DNA of 64,000 bases. Source: Vicinamibacterales bacterium (lineage in GTDB: Bacteria > Acidobacteriota > Vicinamibacteria > Vicinamibacterales > UBA2999). A program made the translations under genes and the position numbers. Location: positions 1,053-65,052 of the forward strand of contig DASYRM010000061.1 of assembly GCA_036004405.1 (NCBI GenBank). Direction: 5' to 3'. Shown in pieces: positions 45,519 to 54,268 of this stretch; position 1 is the stretch's first letter; each line of letters begins with the position of its first letter. The notes below the pieces were generated by a model that saw only the letters and a list, made by a program, of their open reading frames with translations, ran no database searches and was not told the origin of the DNA.

Positions 45519-46520
45519 TTAGCGGGTTGCGCCTGCCATCATGTCGCGCTCGCCACTGAGACGCTTCATGGTGACGAGCGTGGTCATCTCCTCGCCCTGC
45601 TGGTTCCTGGTGACGGGAAAGCGCAGGTTCACCTCGTCGCCCGACGGAGCGAGGTCGAAGAAGCGCTTCAACGTGGTCGGCCCCTGCGGGCTCACGCCGC
45701 CCAGAATGTGATGGAACACCTGGCCCGGATAGACCGTGAGCGCGCCGAAGTAGCCGACGAACCCGCGCAACACCTCCCGCGCTTCCTGATCGGTGGGATC
45801 GGCGGCGGCAAACGGCTTGGCGGCCCACATCGGAGGAAAGTAGACGCCCACGTAGCCCGACGGGGTGTAGACGATCAGGCTCGGGGCTCGCGAGGTGGTG
45901 GTGACGTCGGTCTTGAGCGTGAGGTTGACGCGCTTTTCGACCACGTGCTGCCAGAATCCGATCACCTTGCGGTAGCTGGGCGACAGGTTCTCCACCGGCG
46001 GCACCCGCTCCCAGACCCAGCGCGTGGCGGCGCGCTGATGCGCTTCGACGCCACTGGAGTTGATCGTCAGCCGGTCGCCGTTCAGCGTGAACGTGCGCGT
46101 GACGTCCTTGCCCATCACATTCGGGCTGAGCGCGCCCTCGGCGTGTGAGGTGATGGTCTTTCCGGACGCGTCCACCTTGTAGCGGCCCCAGAATCCGCCG
46201 TAGATCGCAAACACGCGCTGCGCTTCGGTGAGCGCCTTGGTGTCTTCAGTCGGCCGCGTCCGATCGCCGCGCACGACCGCTTCGAAGACGAGCCCGGCGC
46301 CGTCGAGCACCAGCAGCCCCCGGGGATTGGGCACGCGCACGGCCTCGCCAGTGGGACCGACGTCCTCGACCGACACGAGCGTCCACGTGCCGGGCAGCGC
46401 CGGCGCACCGGGCGCGTCCTGCGCGCGCGCGTCCGCGGCCGAGCCGGCGAACATGGCGGCAGCCAGGGTCGCGGGGACGAACAGGCGGCAAAAGCGGATG
46501 CGGAATCCCGGGATGGACAC
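45519..46520 (-). CDS. Secreted tandem lipocalin-like domain protein
   Basis: GTWTLVS..G.L..YGGFWGRY..WERV; second domain IGFW..IVYT..GYFG; start uncertain. Confidence 0.78.
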   Translation of the reverse strand: MSIPGFRIRFCRLFVPATLAAAMFAGSAADARAQDAPGAPALPGTWTLVSVEDVGPTGEAVRVPNPRGLLVLDGAGLVFEAVVRGDRTRPTEDTKALTEAQRVFAIYGGFWGRYKVDASGKTITSHAEGALSPNVMGKDVTRTFTLNGDRLTINSSGVEAHQRAATRWVWERVPPVENLSPSYRKVIGFWQHVVEKRVNLTLKTDVTTTSRAPSLIVYTPSGYVGVYFPPMWAAKPFAAADPTDQEAREVLRGFVGYFGALTVYPGQVFHHILGGVSPQGPTTLKRFFDLAPSGDEVNLRFPVTRNQQGEEMTTLVTMKRLSGERDMMAGATR

Positions 46521-46608
46521 GGTGGGCCCCCTCGCGTGCGGTGAGTTCAGCGGCGAGTATACCCGTCTGGATTTGTCGGAGGGCTCGCTGTAATCTTCCC
46601 CCCCCCGC

Positions 46609-47055
46609 ATGAGCACCGTGTTCAACCTGGACGATCGCCTCACCCTCGCCCGGCGGATCGACGCGCTGTCGCTCGATGCCGCGCCGCGGTGGGGGCGGAT
46701 GGACTGCCCGCAGATGCTGGCGCACTTGTCCGAAAGCGTCCGGATGGCGCTCGGCGAACTGGTGATTACGACTCGTGGTCCCAGGCCGCTCCGCCTGCGC
46801 CCGATCGCGCATGCCGTGATCCACTGGCTGCCATTTCCCAAGAGCGCGCCCACGGCGCCCGAACTGCTCGCGCGGCGCCCTGCCGATTGCGAGGCCGAAC
46901 GCGCCCGGCTGAAGCACCTGCTCGAGCAGCTGGGGGCCATGGAAGGGGCGCGCGAGTGGCCGGAACATCCCGCCTTTGGCCGCCTCAACTCGCGCGATTG
47001 GGGCACGCTGACGCACCGCCACGTCGATCATCACCTGCGCCAGTTCGGCGCGTAG
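46609..47055 (+). CDS. DUF1569 / DinB-like protein
   Basis: WGRMDCPQMLAH, HPAFGRL, W....HRHVDHHLRQFG. Confidence 0.88.
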   Translation: MSTVFNLDDRLTLARRIDALSLDAAPRWGRMDCPQMLAHLSESVRMALGELVITTRGPRPLRLRPIAHAVIHWLPFPKSAPTAPELLARRPADCEAERARLKHLLEQLGAMEGAREWPEHPAFGRLNSRDWGTLTHRHVDHHLRQFGA

Positions 47056-47080
47056 AGCCGCGCGTTTGCGCCTGACGTAA

Positions 47081-47128
47081 TTGACTCCGCGGGACGCGGG
47101 TTGATAGCGTACGAGGTTGCTTCGTACG
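47081..47128 (+). promoter_or_regulatory. sigma70-like promoter with overlapping inverted repeat
   Basis: TTGACT-N18-TAGCGT; CGTACGA-N7-TCGTACG (47108-47128) just before SD GAGGAG. Confidence 0.5.
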
Positions 47129-47140
47129 AGGAGACTCCCA

Positions 47141-48322
47141 ATGTTGAAGGCCACCGCTGGAAAGATCATGCCGACGACCATCACGGGCTCGCTGCCGCGC
47201 CCGAGCTGGTATACGGAAAACCTGGGCACGCGCTCGTTCCTGGACGCGATGGTGCTGTCGCGGTTCCGCGAGCAGTACGTGGACGCCCTGTCGGTATATC
47301 TGCAGGAGCAGGAGGTGGCCGGGCTCGACATCGTGACCGACGGCGACTGTCGCTTCGACGCCGACATCGGCGGGCAGAGCTGGACGAGCTACCCACCGCA
47401 TCACATGAGCGGGTTCGATACCCAGCACCCGAAGCTGGCGAAGATGAACGCGGGGGGGCTGCAGTTTCCGCGCGGGCACATCCTGCACGACTACCTGGAA
47501 GCGCGGGTGATGCCGAAGATCACCGGGCCGATCGGGCGCGGCGAGATGCAGTATGCGGAGATCTGGAAGGCGGCGCAGCGGCTGACGCCGAAGCCGGTGA
47601 AGTTCGGGACGGTGACGCCGGAGCTGGTGGCGTTTGCGGTGCAGGACGGGCACTACAAGGACATCCAGGCACGCATCTGGGCCATGAGCGAGGCGTTCAA
47701 CGAGGAGCTGCACGACCTGGCGGATGCCGGCTGCCCGGTGATTCAGATGGAAGAGCCGCAGATTCACCTGCTGGCGGCGCGCGGGATCGTGGACGCGGTG
47801 ATCAACCCGGAGTTCATGCTGAAAGTGTTCAACAACACGGTGAAGGGGCTGCGGGCGAAGACCGAGGTGTGGTGCCACACGTGCTGGGGCAATCCGTCGC
47901 AGCAGCGGATGTTCGGGAGTGTGCAGACCTACAAGCCGGCGCTGAAGCTGTTGAACCAGGTGGACGCCGACGTGATCACGTTCGAGATGATCAGCTCGGG
48001 GGCGCAGGACCTGGAGGACGTGGGGCGGGAGATCACGGACATGAAGGTGGCGATCGGGGCCATCGACCACCACACGCTGCAGGTGGAGTCGCCGGCGGAG
48101 ATCGCGGCGCTGATTCGCAAGGCGGTGAAGCTGATTCCGCCGGAGCGGCTGATTCTGTCGTCGGACTGCGGCATGGGGCGCGAGGGAATGAGCCGCCGGC
48201 ACGCCTTTTACAAGATGGTGTCGCTGGTGCAGGGGACCAACATCGTCAAGAAGGAGCTGGGGCTGCCGGAGACCGAGTCGCTCGGCGCCGACGCCAAGCT
48301 GTCTCTGATTCGGACCACGTAG
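47141..48322 (+). CDS. Cobalamin-independent methionine synthase II family protein
   Basis: TGSLPRP, QEVAGLDIVTDGD, IQMEEP, HTCWGN and SDCG zinc ligands; single-barrel length. Confidence 0.88.
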   Translation: MLKATAGKIMPTTITGSLPRPSWYTENLGTRSFLDAMVLSRFREQYVDALSVYLQEQEVAGLDIVTDGDCRFDADIGGQSWTSYPPHHMSGFDTQHPKLAKMNAGGLQFPRGHILHDYLEARVMPKITGPIGRGEMQYAEIWKAAQRLTPKPVKFGTVTPELVAFAVQDGHYKDIQARIWAMSEAFNEELHDLADAGCPVIQMEEPQIHLLAARGIVDAVINPEFMLKVFNNTVKGLRAKTEVWCHTCWGNPSQQRMFGSVQTYKPALKLLNQVDADVITFEMISSGAQDLEDVGREITDMKVAIGAIDHHTLQVESPAEIAALIRKAVKLIPPERLILSSDCGMGREGMSRRHAFYKMVSLVQGTNIVKKELGLPETESLGADAKLSLIRTT

Positions 48323-48364
48323 GCAGAGAAGGCGGAGAAGGCGGAGAAGGCAGGACGGGGTAGA
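48322..48364. repeat. Purine-rich 9-bp tandem repeat AGGCRGAGA
   Basis: aggcagaga aggcggaga aggcggaga aggcaggac. Confidence 0.75.
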
Positions 48365-48404
48365 CGCGAGGTAAGATCAGCGCATCCTCCTCCCGAGGAC
48401 CGGT

Positions 48405-48797
48405 GTGGGCCCCGAGGCGCTCCGAATCCTCATCGTCGACGACCACGAAGACACCGCGGAAATGCTCTCGATGCTGCTGGGCGGCCGGGGGCACGACACG
48501 CAGGTGGCGCTCGATGGTACGACCGCCTTGATGGCTGCGGCCTCTTTTCAACCGCACCTCGGCCTGCTCGATCTCAGCCTGCCCGGCATGAGCGGTTACG
48601 AGCTTGCCCAGCGTCTGCGCGCGCTGCCCGGGCTCGAGCGAATCCGGCTCGTGGCCGTGACGGGCCACGGCAGCGATGCCCATCGCGCGCGGGCGCGCGC
48701 CGCCGGGTTCGACGATCACCTCCTGAAGCCGGTCGATCTGCAGGCCGTGGACGCCGTGATCGCCTCGGTCCGTCAGGCGCTCGGCAAATCGCTCTGA
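48405..48797 (+). CDS. Stand-alone response regulator receiver
   Basis: ILIVDD, LLDLSLPGMSG, VTG, HLLKP. Confidence 0.88.
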   Translation: MGPEALRILIVDDHEDTAEMLSMLLGGRGHDTQVALDGTTALMAAASFQPHLGLLDLSLPGMSGYELAQRLRALPGLERIRLVAVTGHGSDAHRARARAAGFDDHLLKPVDLQAVDAVIASVRQALGKSL

Positions 48798-50203
48798 GAC
48801 GAGGCGCCCACCGCGGCGCCCACCGGTTCGGCTGGCACATGCCCCGCCGTGCGGTACTCGCTCAAGCGGTTGTAGAGCGTCTTGAGGCTGATGCCCAGCA
48901 CTTCGGCCGCGCGGTTCTTGTTGCCCTGGCAGTAGCGGAGCGTGGCCAGGATGGCGCGCCGTTCGATGTCTCCGAGCGACGACCCGAGCTCCACGCGCAG
49001 CACGCCCGTGGCCGGTTCGTCCGCCCGGGGCGGCTCCGAGCGCATCAGGGTCACCGCCTCCGGCAGGCTGTCCACGTCGATGATCTCGTCGGCCAGGATG
49101 TAGGCCGACTGGATCACGTTGCGCAGATCGCGCACGTTGCCGGGCCAGGTGTAGCCGGCAAGCGCCTCGATGGCGCCCGGCGTGATCTCCTTGCGGACGC
49201 CTTCCTTCTGCGCGAGCTCGTCGAGGAAGTGGCGCACCAGCGGCTCCACGTCGTCGGGTCGATCGCGCAGCGGCGAGACGTTCAGCTCGAAGACGCGCAG
49301 TCGGTAGTAGAGGTCCTCGCGCATCTGGCCGGCAGACATCGCCCGCATCACGTCGCGGTTGCTGGCGGCCAGAATACGGACGTCCACCGAGATCGGCTGT
49401 TCGGCGCCGACCCGGAAGAAGGTGCCCGACTCGATGACCCGGAGCAGCTTCACCTGCAGTTCGAGCGGCATCTCCGTGACTTCGTCCAGGAACAACGTGC
49501 CGCGATGTGCCCGTTCGAAGTAGCCGCGGTGCCGCCGGTCGGCGCCGGTGAAGCTGCCGCGTTCGTGGCCGAACAGCTCGCTCTCGAGCAGTGCCGCGGA
49601 GATGGCGCCGCAGTTCACTGGGACGAACGGACCGTGTCGCCGGCGGCTCAGGGCGTGGATCGTGCGCGCCACGACGTCCTTGCCGGTGCCGCTCTCGCCG
49701 GTGATCAGCACGCTGGCGCTCGAGGGGGCGATCCGCCCGATCAGCTCGAAGGTCCGGCGCATGTTGGCCGAGCGGCCCACCAGCAGGCCGAACCTTCCGG
49801 ACTGATCGCGCTCGGTCTGCAGCGTTTTGATCTCTTCGGGCAGCTGGCGCGTGTGAGAGATGTTGCCGAGAATGGTCCGCAGCCGATCGACGTCGACCGG
49901 CTTGGTCAGGTAGTCGGTGACGCCGCGGCGCAGCGCTTCGACCACCGTGGACACAGAGGCGTGCCCGGTGATGAGCACCACCGCCGGCGCGCGCAGCCCC
50001 TCGATGCCGTCGAGCAGCGTCATGCCGCTGCCGTCGGGCAGGTTCAGATCGAGCAGCACCACGTCGGGGGGCTGCCGCGCCAGGGCGGCCTTGGCTTCGT
50101 CGAGGTTCGGCGCGGCGCAGGCGGTGAAGCCTTCGGCGCGCAACACCTCCGTGAGCGCGTCGAGCGTATCGGTGTTGTCGTCGACGAGAAGCGCGTGAGG
50201 CAT
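48773..50203 (-). CDS. sigma54-dependent response regulator (NtrC/AtoC family)
   Basis: Receiver; GESGTGKD, ESELFGHERGSFTGA, FLDEV, WPGNVR; Fis-type HTH. Confidence 0.93.
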   Translation of the reverse strand: MPHALLVDDNTDTLDALTEVLRAEGFTACAAPNLDEAKAALARQPPDVVLLDLNLPDGSGMTLLDGIEGLRAPAVVLITGHASVSTVVEALRRGVTDYLTKPVDVDRLRTILGNISHTRQLPEEIKTLQTERDQSGRFGLLVGRSANMRRTFELIGRIAPSSASVLITGESGTGKDVVARTIHALSRRRHGPFVPVNCGAISAALLESELFGHERGSFTGADRRHRGYFERAHRGTLFLDEVTEMPLELQVKLLRVIESGTFFRVGAEQPISVDVRILAASNRDVMRAMSAGQMREDLYYRLRVFELNVSPLRDRPDDVEPLVRHFLDELAQKEGVRKEITPGAIEALAGYTWPGNVRDLRNVIQSAYILADEIIDVDSLPEAVTLMRSEPPRADEPATGVLRVELGSSLGDIERRAILATLRYCQGNKNRAAEVLGISLKTLYNRLSEYRTAGHVPAEPVGAAVGASSQSDLPSA

Positions 50204-50217
50204 GGCAGACCGTCCTG

Positions 50218-51045
50218 TCAGCGGACTGTGAGCCGGGTGAATTCAGCCGTGAAGCACGCTCCCTGCCCGCCGCTGGCGCGATGGTAGACGATCCGGCCGT
50301 CGTGCGCGTCGATGGCCGCCTTGACGACGGCGAGGCCGACGCCGGGGCCGTCAACGGTCTGCCGCGGTTCCCAGGGATCCGACCGCACTTCGTCGGACAG
50401 CCCGGGGCCGGAGTCGATGATGCGGAAACGGGCCGTCGGTCCGTCGGCCGATACCTGCAGGTCGAGCGTGCCGCCGTTGGGCATGGCATCGAGCGAGTTG
50501 ACCGCCAGGTTGAGCAGCGCGTTCTGCAGCTGCGCCGGACAGGCTTCGATGAACACTTCAGCGTCGGGCACGCTCAGCCGGACGGTGACCCGCTGCCGCG
50601 CCGCCCGGGCGGCAATCAGCAGCCCGACGCGCTGGCAGCAGGCGCTGAGGTCGACGCGCTGCCACCCCTCGTCGTCGCGCCCGTGCGCGCGCAGGATGCC
50701 GTCGATGTAGTTGTCGAGCCGTTTGAGCTCGCGCCGCATGACGTCGCCACTGCGGGCGGCGAGCTCCAGATCGGCGCGCGTCGGCTGGCCGGTGGACGCC
50801 ACGCGCGACAGCAGCGCGAGATTCAACGCGACGACGTTCAGCACGCTCTTGATCTCGTGGCCGAGGTCGCGCGACACCGCGGAGACGCTGCGCTGGCGTG
50901 ACGCGTCGGCCATCAGGCTGGCGACGATGTCGGCGGCAGAAGCCCGGGGCCTGCTCGACTGCGCCGAATCGGGGTGCACTCGCACTTCCGGACCGCCCGG
51001 CGTCCGTTGCTTGCCACCGGCTCGAAACTCGGCTTTGTCACCCAT
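50218..51045 (-). CDS. Soluble histidine kinase lacking an obvious sensor domain
   Basis: HEIKSVLN H-box, NLAVNSLDAM, DSGPG, GVGL. Confidence 0.8.
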   Translation of the reverse strand: MGDKAEFRAGGKQRTPGGPEVRVHPDSAQSSRPRASAADIVASLMADASRQRSVSAVSRDLGHEIKSVLNVVALNLALLSRVASTGQPTRADLELAARSGDVMRRELKRLDNYIDGILRAHGRDDEGWQRVDLSACCQRVGLLIAARAARQRVTVRLSVPDAEVFIEACPAQLQNALLNLAVNSLDAMPNGGTLDLQVSADGPTARFRIIDSGPGLSDEVRSDPWEPRQTVDGPGVGLAVVKAAIDAHDGRIVYHRASGGQGACFTAEFTRLTVR

Positions 51046-51080
51046 CGTCACATCCCCGTCCCCAAGCCCCGCGCCCTCGG

Positions 51081-51095
51081 CGGCAAGCCTCCTGC
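51081..51095 (+). promoter_or_regulatory. Putative sigma54 promoter
   Basis: CGGCAAGCCTCCTGC (GG-N10-GC), 24 nt before ATG 51120, with SD GGAGG between. Confidence 0.45.
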
Positions 51096-51119
51096 ACCGG
51101 CGTCATGGCGGAGGGTGCC

Positions 51120-51272
51120 ATGGTCCGGAAGCTCGCCAGCGGAGATTACAGGCTTTACAGCCGCAAAGTGGACCCCAAGACCGGCCGCCGACGCAACCTG
51201 GGGACGTTCAAGACGCGCGAAAAGGCTGAACAGCACGAGCGTGCCGTCCAGTTCTTCAAGCGCCGGGGGTGA
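51120..51272 (+). CDS. Small basic protein (50 aa)
   Basis: SD GGAGG; MVRKLASGDYRLYSRKVDPKTGRRRNLGTFKTREKAEQHERAVQFFKRRG. Confidence 0.8.
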   Translation: MVRKLASGDYRLYSRKVDPKTGRRRNLGTFKTREKAEQHERAVQFFKRRG

Positions 51273-51398
51273 ACGCTCCGATTGTAGAGACTTCCACGCC
51301 GGGGGCTGGCGGGAAGTCGGGCGTGCAAGGCGCCAGCCAACCTCGAGCTTCGGTCTCGGCGCGCCCCGCGTTCGCGTCGGCGCTCCCGCGCCGGCTCA

Positions 51399-53327
51399 TC
51401 AGTGGGGTCGTTCGACGATGGCGTCCCAGGCGGCGGAAGCGCGCTCGCGCACGAGGGCGACGTCGCCGTCGAGCATCAGGCGCTGTTGCACCAGCGTGCG
51501 CGCGGCGCGTTCGGCCTGGGCCAGGTAGGCCTGCCGGCTGGCATAGCGCTCGGCGAGGGCGGGGCGCGGGTCGCCTGACGCCATCCGTGCCTCGCGCGTG
51601 GGCGCAAACGGCACGAACGAGCCCACGAGCCCGGCGAGGTAGCGCAGCCCGGGCAGCGGCGGCAGCGTCACGTTCCACCCGGTGTGCGTGTCGAGCGGCA
51701 CCGCCACTTCGGGCAGCGCCACGCCGCCGGTGTCGTTGCCGTCGGCGTTCACCTGGGGCACCAGCACCGGATACGGCGCGCCGAGGGCCGGCGGTTCGCG
51801 CGTGATGACGCGCGCGTCCGTGAAGCTGCCGCCGAAATCCATGCGCCAGACCGGCGGCAGGTACTCGGCGAACGGCATCGCCGGCAGGCGCGGAAAGACG
51901 ACACCGGTTCGCGGCACGAGCTCGCCGCGGGCGATTGTCGGGTAGCGCGAGGGGGGCGGCAGCGTGCCGTCGCGCAGCCAGTCGTCGAGGTCGAGCAGGA
52001 GCGCGCGCAGCACCCAGCGCTGGTCGGCGAAGTTCAGGTCGTGGCGGTACTGCTGGCTCCCGGTATCGCGCAGCGGCGGCAGCGGTCCCGATGCGTGGGG
52101 CGTGCCGGTCAGGAAGTAGAGCCGCGACGAGGGGTCCGGCGGCAGGTCGGCACGGCCGTCTTCGGTCGTGTGCGTGAGCGAGCCGGCGCGCGCCCAATAC
52201 TCGGTGGAAGAGAACGTGTAGAAGATGCGCGGCACCACGCCGTCGGTGCGGGCCCGGGCCAGCAGTCCGGCATCGGTGAACGGCGGCAGGTCCACGGGGC
52301 GGAGGATGGACAGGACGGAGTTCCCCGCCTGGCCGGGCATCGCGAACCGATGGTTGAAGCTGCCGCCGCCGGCCCCGGCCGACGCGATCATCAGCCCGTC
52401 GAACGCGGCACGGCCACGCTCGTCCTGGTTGAAGCCGTCGCGAACGAACTCGCGCAGCAGCCGACCACTCTGCGAGTAGCCGAAACCCAGCACGCGGCGG
52501 ACGAGCCTGGGCCGCTCACGAAGCGTGCTCACGCCTTCGGCGCCGAACTTCAGATACGACGCAAAGTCGCGGATGGCTGCCAGCCCGAGTCCAGCGACCG
52601 GCGACCCCTCGGCCTCGTAGACCGCCTCGTACAGACCCGGCTTGAAGCCGCCCGGCATCTGCACCGCACAGCCCCCCTGGGCGAACTGCCAGGCGCTGCG
52701 CGGCACCGTTTCCGCGGGGCCGTCGATCGCCGTCCGGAACGTGAGCAGCGCATCGGGCTGCGCCGGATCGCGGGCGCAGTACTGGACGCCGAAGCCGCTG
52801 TAGCGGGGGCCGCCGCCGTCCTCGACGTAGCTGGCGCGCACGACGCCGCGGACCGGCGCGATGGGCGCCTCGAACGTCAGCCCCTGCGCGGGGCGGACGT
52901 CGAACTGCCACCCCAGGAACGCCACCGCGAAGCCCTGCGTCAGCACGAAGCGATCGCCCATGTCCCAGCGTTCGGGCGAGAGGTCGCGCTGTCGCGCGCC
53001 GCTCATCAGCCCGAGCGACTGGTCGCGGCCACGGTTGACGACTTCCAGGAACACCGTGCCGCGCGCGCCCTGCTCGCGCTTCGGCATGAAGAAAAGGAGA
53101 TCCGAGGAGAACTCGACGCGCCCGGCGTTGCGCGGCGCCAGCGCCAGGTCGGCGATGCCGCGATTGGCGCGTGCGGACGGATCGAGGGCGAAGTACACGC
53201 GCCCGACGATGCGTTCGTGCGTTTCGAAGTCGTCGCGCTGCCGCACCTCGATCCGCACCACTTCCGCCGCGGCCGTGCCAGCCATGAGCAGAAGGGCACA
53301 GGCAGCCGCCACCCGGATCCGAGTCAT
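51399..53327 (-). CDS. Secreted alpha/beta hydrolase domain protein
   Basis: Signal peptide; EVVNRG, GWQFD, GYSQSGR nucleophile elbow, STEYW, DGNDTGG. Confidence 0.85.
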   Translation of the reverse strand: MTRIRVAAACALLLMAGTAAAEVVRIEVRQRDDFETHERIVGRVYFALDPSARANRGIADLALAPRNAGRVEFSSDLLFFMPKREQGARGTVFLEVVNRGRDQSLGLMSGARQRDLSPERWDMGDRFVLTQGFAVAFLGWQFDVRPAQGLTFEAPIAPVRGVVRASYVEDGGGPRYSGFGVQYCARDPAQPDALLTFRTAIDGPAETVPRSAWQFAQGGCAVQMPGGFKPGLYEAVYEAEGSPVAGLGLAAIRDFASYLKFGAEGVSTLRERPRLVRRVLGFGYSQSGRLLREFVRDGFNQDERGRAAFDGLMIASAGAGGGSFNHRFAMPGQAGNSVLSILRPVDLPPFTDAGLLARARTDGVVPRIFYTFSSTEYWARAGSLTHTTEDGRADLPPDPSSRLYFLTGTPHASGPLPPLRDTGSQQYRHDLNFADQRWVLRALLLDLDDWLRDGTLPPPSRYPTIARGELVPRTGVVFPRLPAMPFAEYLPPVWRMDFGGSFTDARVITREPPALGAPYPVLVPQVNADGNDTGGVALPEVAVPLDTHTGWNVTLPPLPGLRYLAGLVGSFVPFAPTREARMASGDPRPALAERYASRQAYLAQAERAARTLVQQRLMLDGDVALVRERASAAWDAIVERPH

Positions 53328-53388
53328 CGGGCTGCATCCTACTCCCGAAGAGCCTGATCGGGCATGGCGATTGAATGCTCGCAGGCCT

Positions 53389-53577
53389 ATGAACCTTCCT
53401 CCTCGCTACGACCACCCCGACGATCCGTCGGACGAGTTCCAGGGCGACATGCACGCGGCCGACATCGTCAGCCCGACGGGCGAGGAAATGCCCATCGCCA
53501 CGCATGCGGAGGTGCATCGGGTCCCCGAGCCGCGGTCGCTCGAGCCACGGCCGCATCGCGGCGGTTCCGGGGACTGA
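53389..53577 (+). CDS. Small acidic hypothetical protein (62 aa)
   Basis: ATG 53389, MNLPPRYDHPDDPSDEFQGD..; fills the gap directly before the SRPBCC gene. Confidence 0.4.
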   Translation: MNLPPRYDHPDDPSDEFQGDMHAADIVSPTGEEMPIATHAEVHRVPEPRSLEPRPHRGGSGD

Positions 53578-53583
53578 CGCCGT

Positions 53584-54006
53584 ATGGCTTCCATTCACGT
53601 CGAGTCAGCTGTTGACGTCAGCGCGGACACGGCCTGGGAGGCGCTGAGACGGGTAGGCGATGCCCAGGCGCTCTTTGCGCCGGTGCTCGCCGGCTCGGAG
53701 ATGCGCGGCGACACACGAACGGCGCGCTTTGGTAACGGCCTCGTCGTCCACGAGCGGGTCATCGACGTGGACGATGCGCGCCGGCGCGTGGCGTACAGCG
53801 CCATCGACAGCCCCGTGCTCACCTACCATCACGCCTCGATGCAGATTGTCGAGGACGGGGCCGAGCGCTGCCGGTTCGTCTGGACGACCGACTTTCTTCC
53901 CGGCGACGCGGCCGGCGATCTCCGCGGGCTGATCGAAGCCGGAACCGCGGCGCTCAAGACCAACCTCGAACGAGTGGGAAGCCACGCTCGCGCCGGCCGG
54001 GGCTAG
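53584..54006 (+). CDS. SRPBCC / polyketide cyclase-dehydratase family protein
   Basis: AWEALRRVG, R.ARF.NG..VHE, DDARRRVAYS, W.TDFLP. Confidence 0.88.
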   Translation: MASIHVESAVDVSADTAWEALRRVGDAQALFAPVLAGSEMRGDTRTARFGNGLVVHERVIDVDDARRRVAYSAIDSPVLTYHHASMQIVEDGAERCRFVWTTDFLPGDAAGDLRGLIEAGTAALKTNLERVGSHARAGRG

Positions 54007-54268
54007 GGCCTGGTCAAGGCGCGGCGAAGCTCGGCCGCGCGCGCGGCGCGGCGTCGCGCCCCAGGGAAGCCCGGGGCGCCCAAATCCATCGCCCTCATCT
54101 GTTTGCGGTAACGCGCCAATCCGATAAGATCGCTGAACGCGACGGCATTCGAACCGCTCGGGCCGCTTCGCGTTCCTCTACAAACCTCTCCGTCCGGACC
54201 GCCGCCGCCCCGCGGGTGGGGGACAAGCGTGTTCTGGCGGGGCCTCTGACCGCGTTAAGGGGAGCACT

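Noticed and set aside
47056-47140. SAM or cobalamin riboswitch before the MetE-like gene
   Set aside because: Gap too short after the promoter and no conserved riboswitch motifs seen
54143-54157. sigma54-like CGGCATTCGAACCGC upstream of ftsH
   Set aside because: Weak -12 match (CCGC), expected by chance at this GC content; a TAAGAT -10 box at 54125 is an equally good explanation
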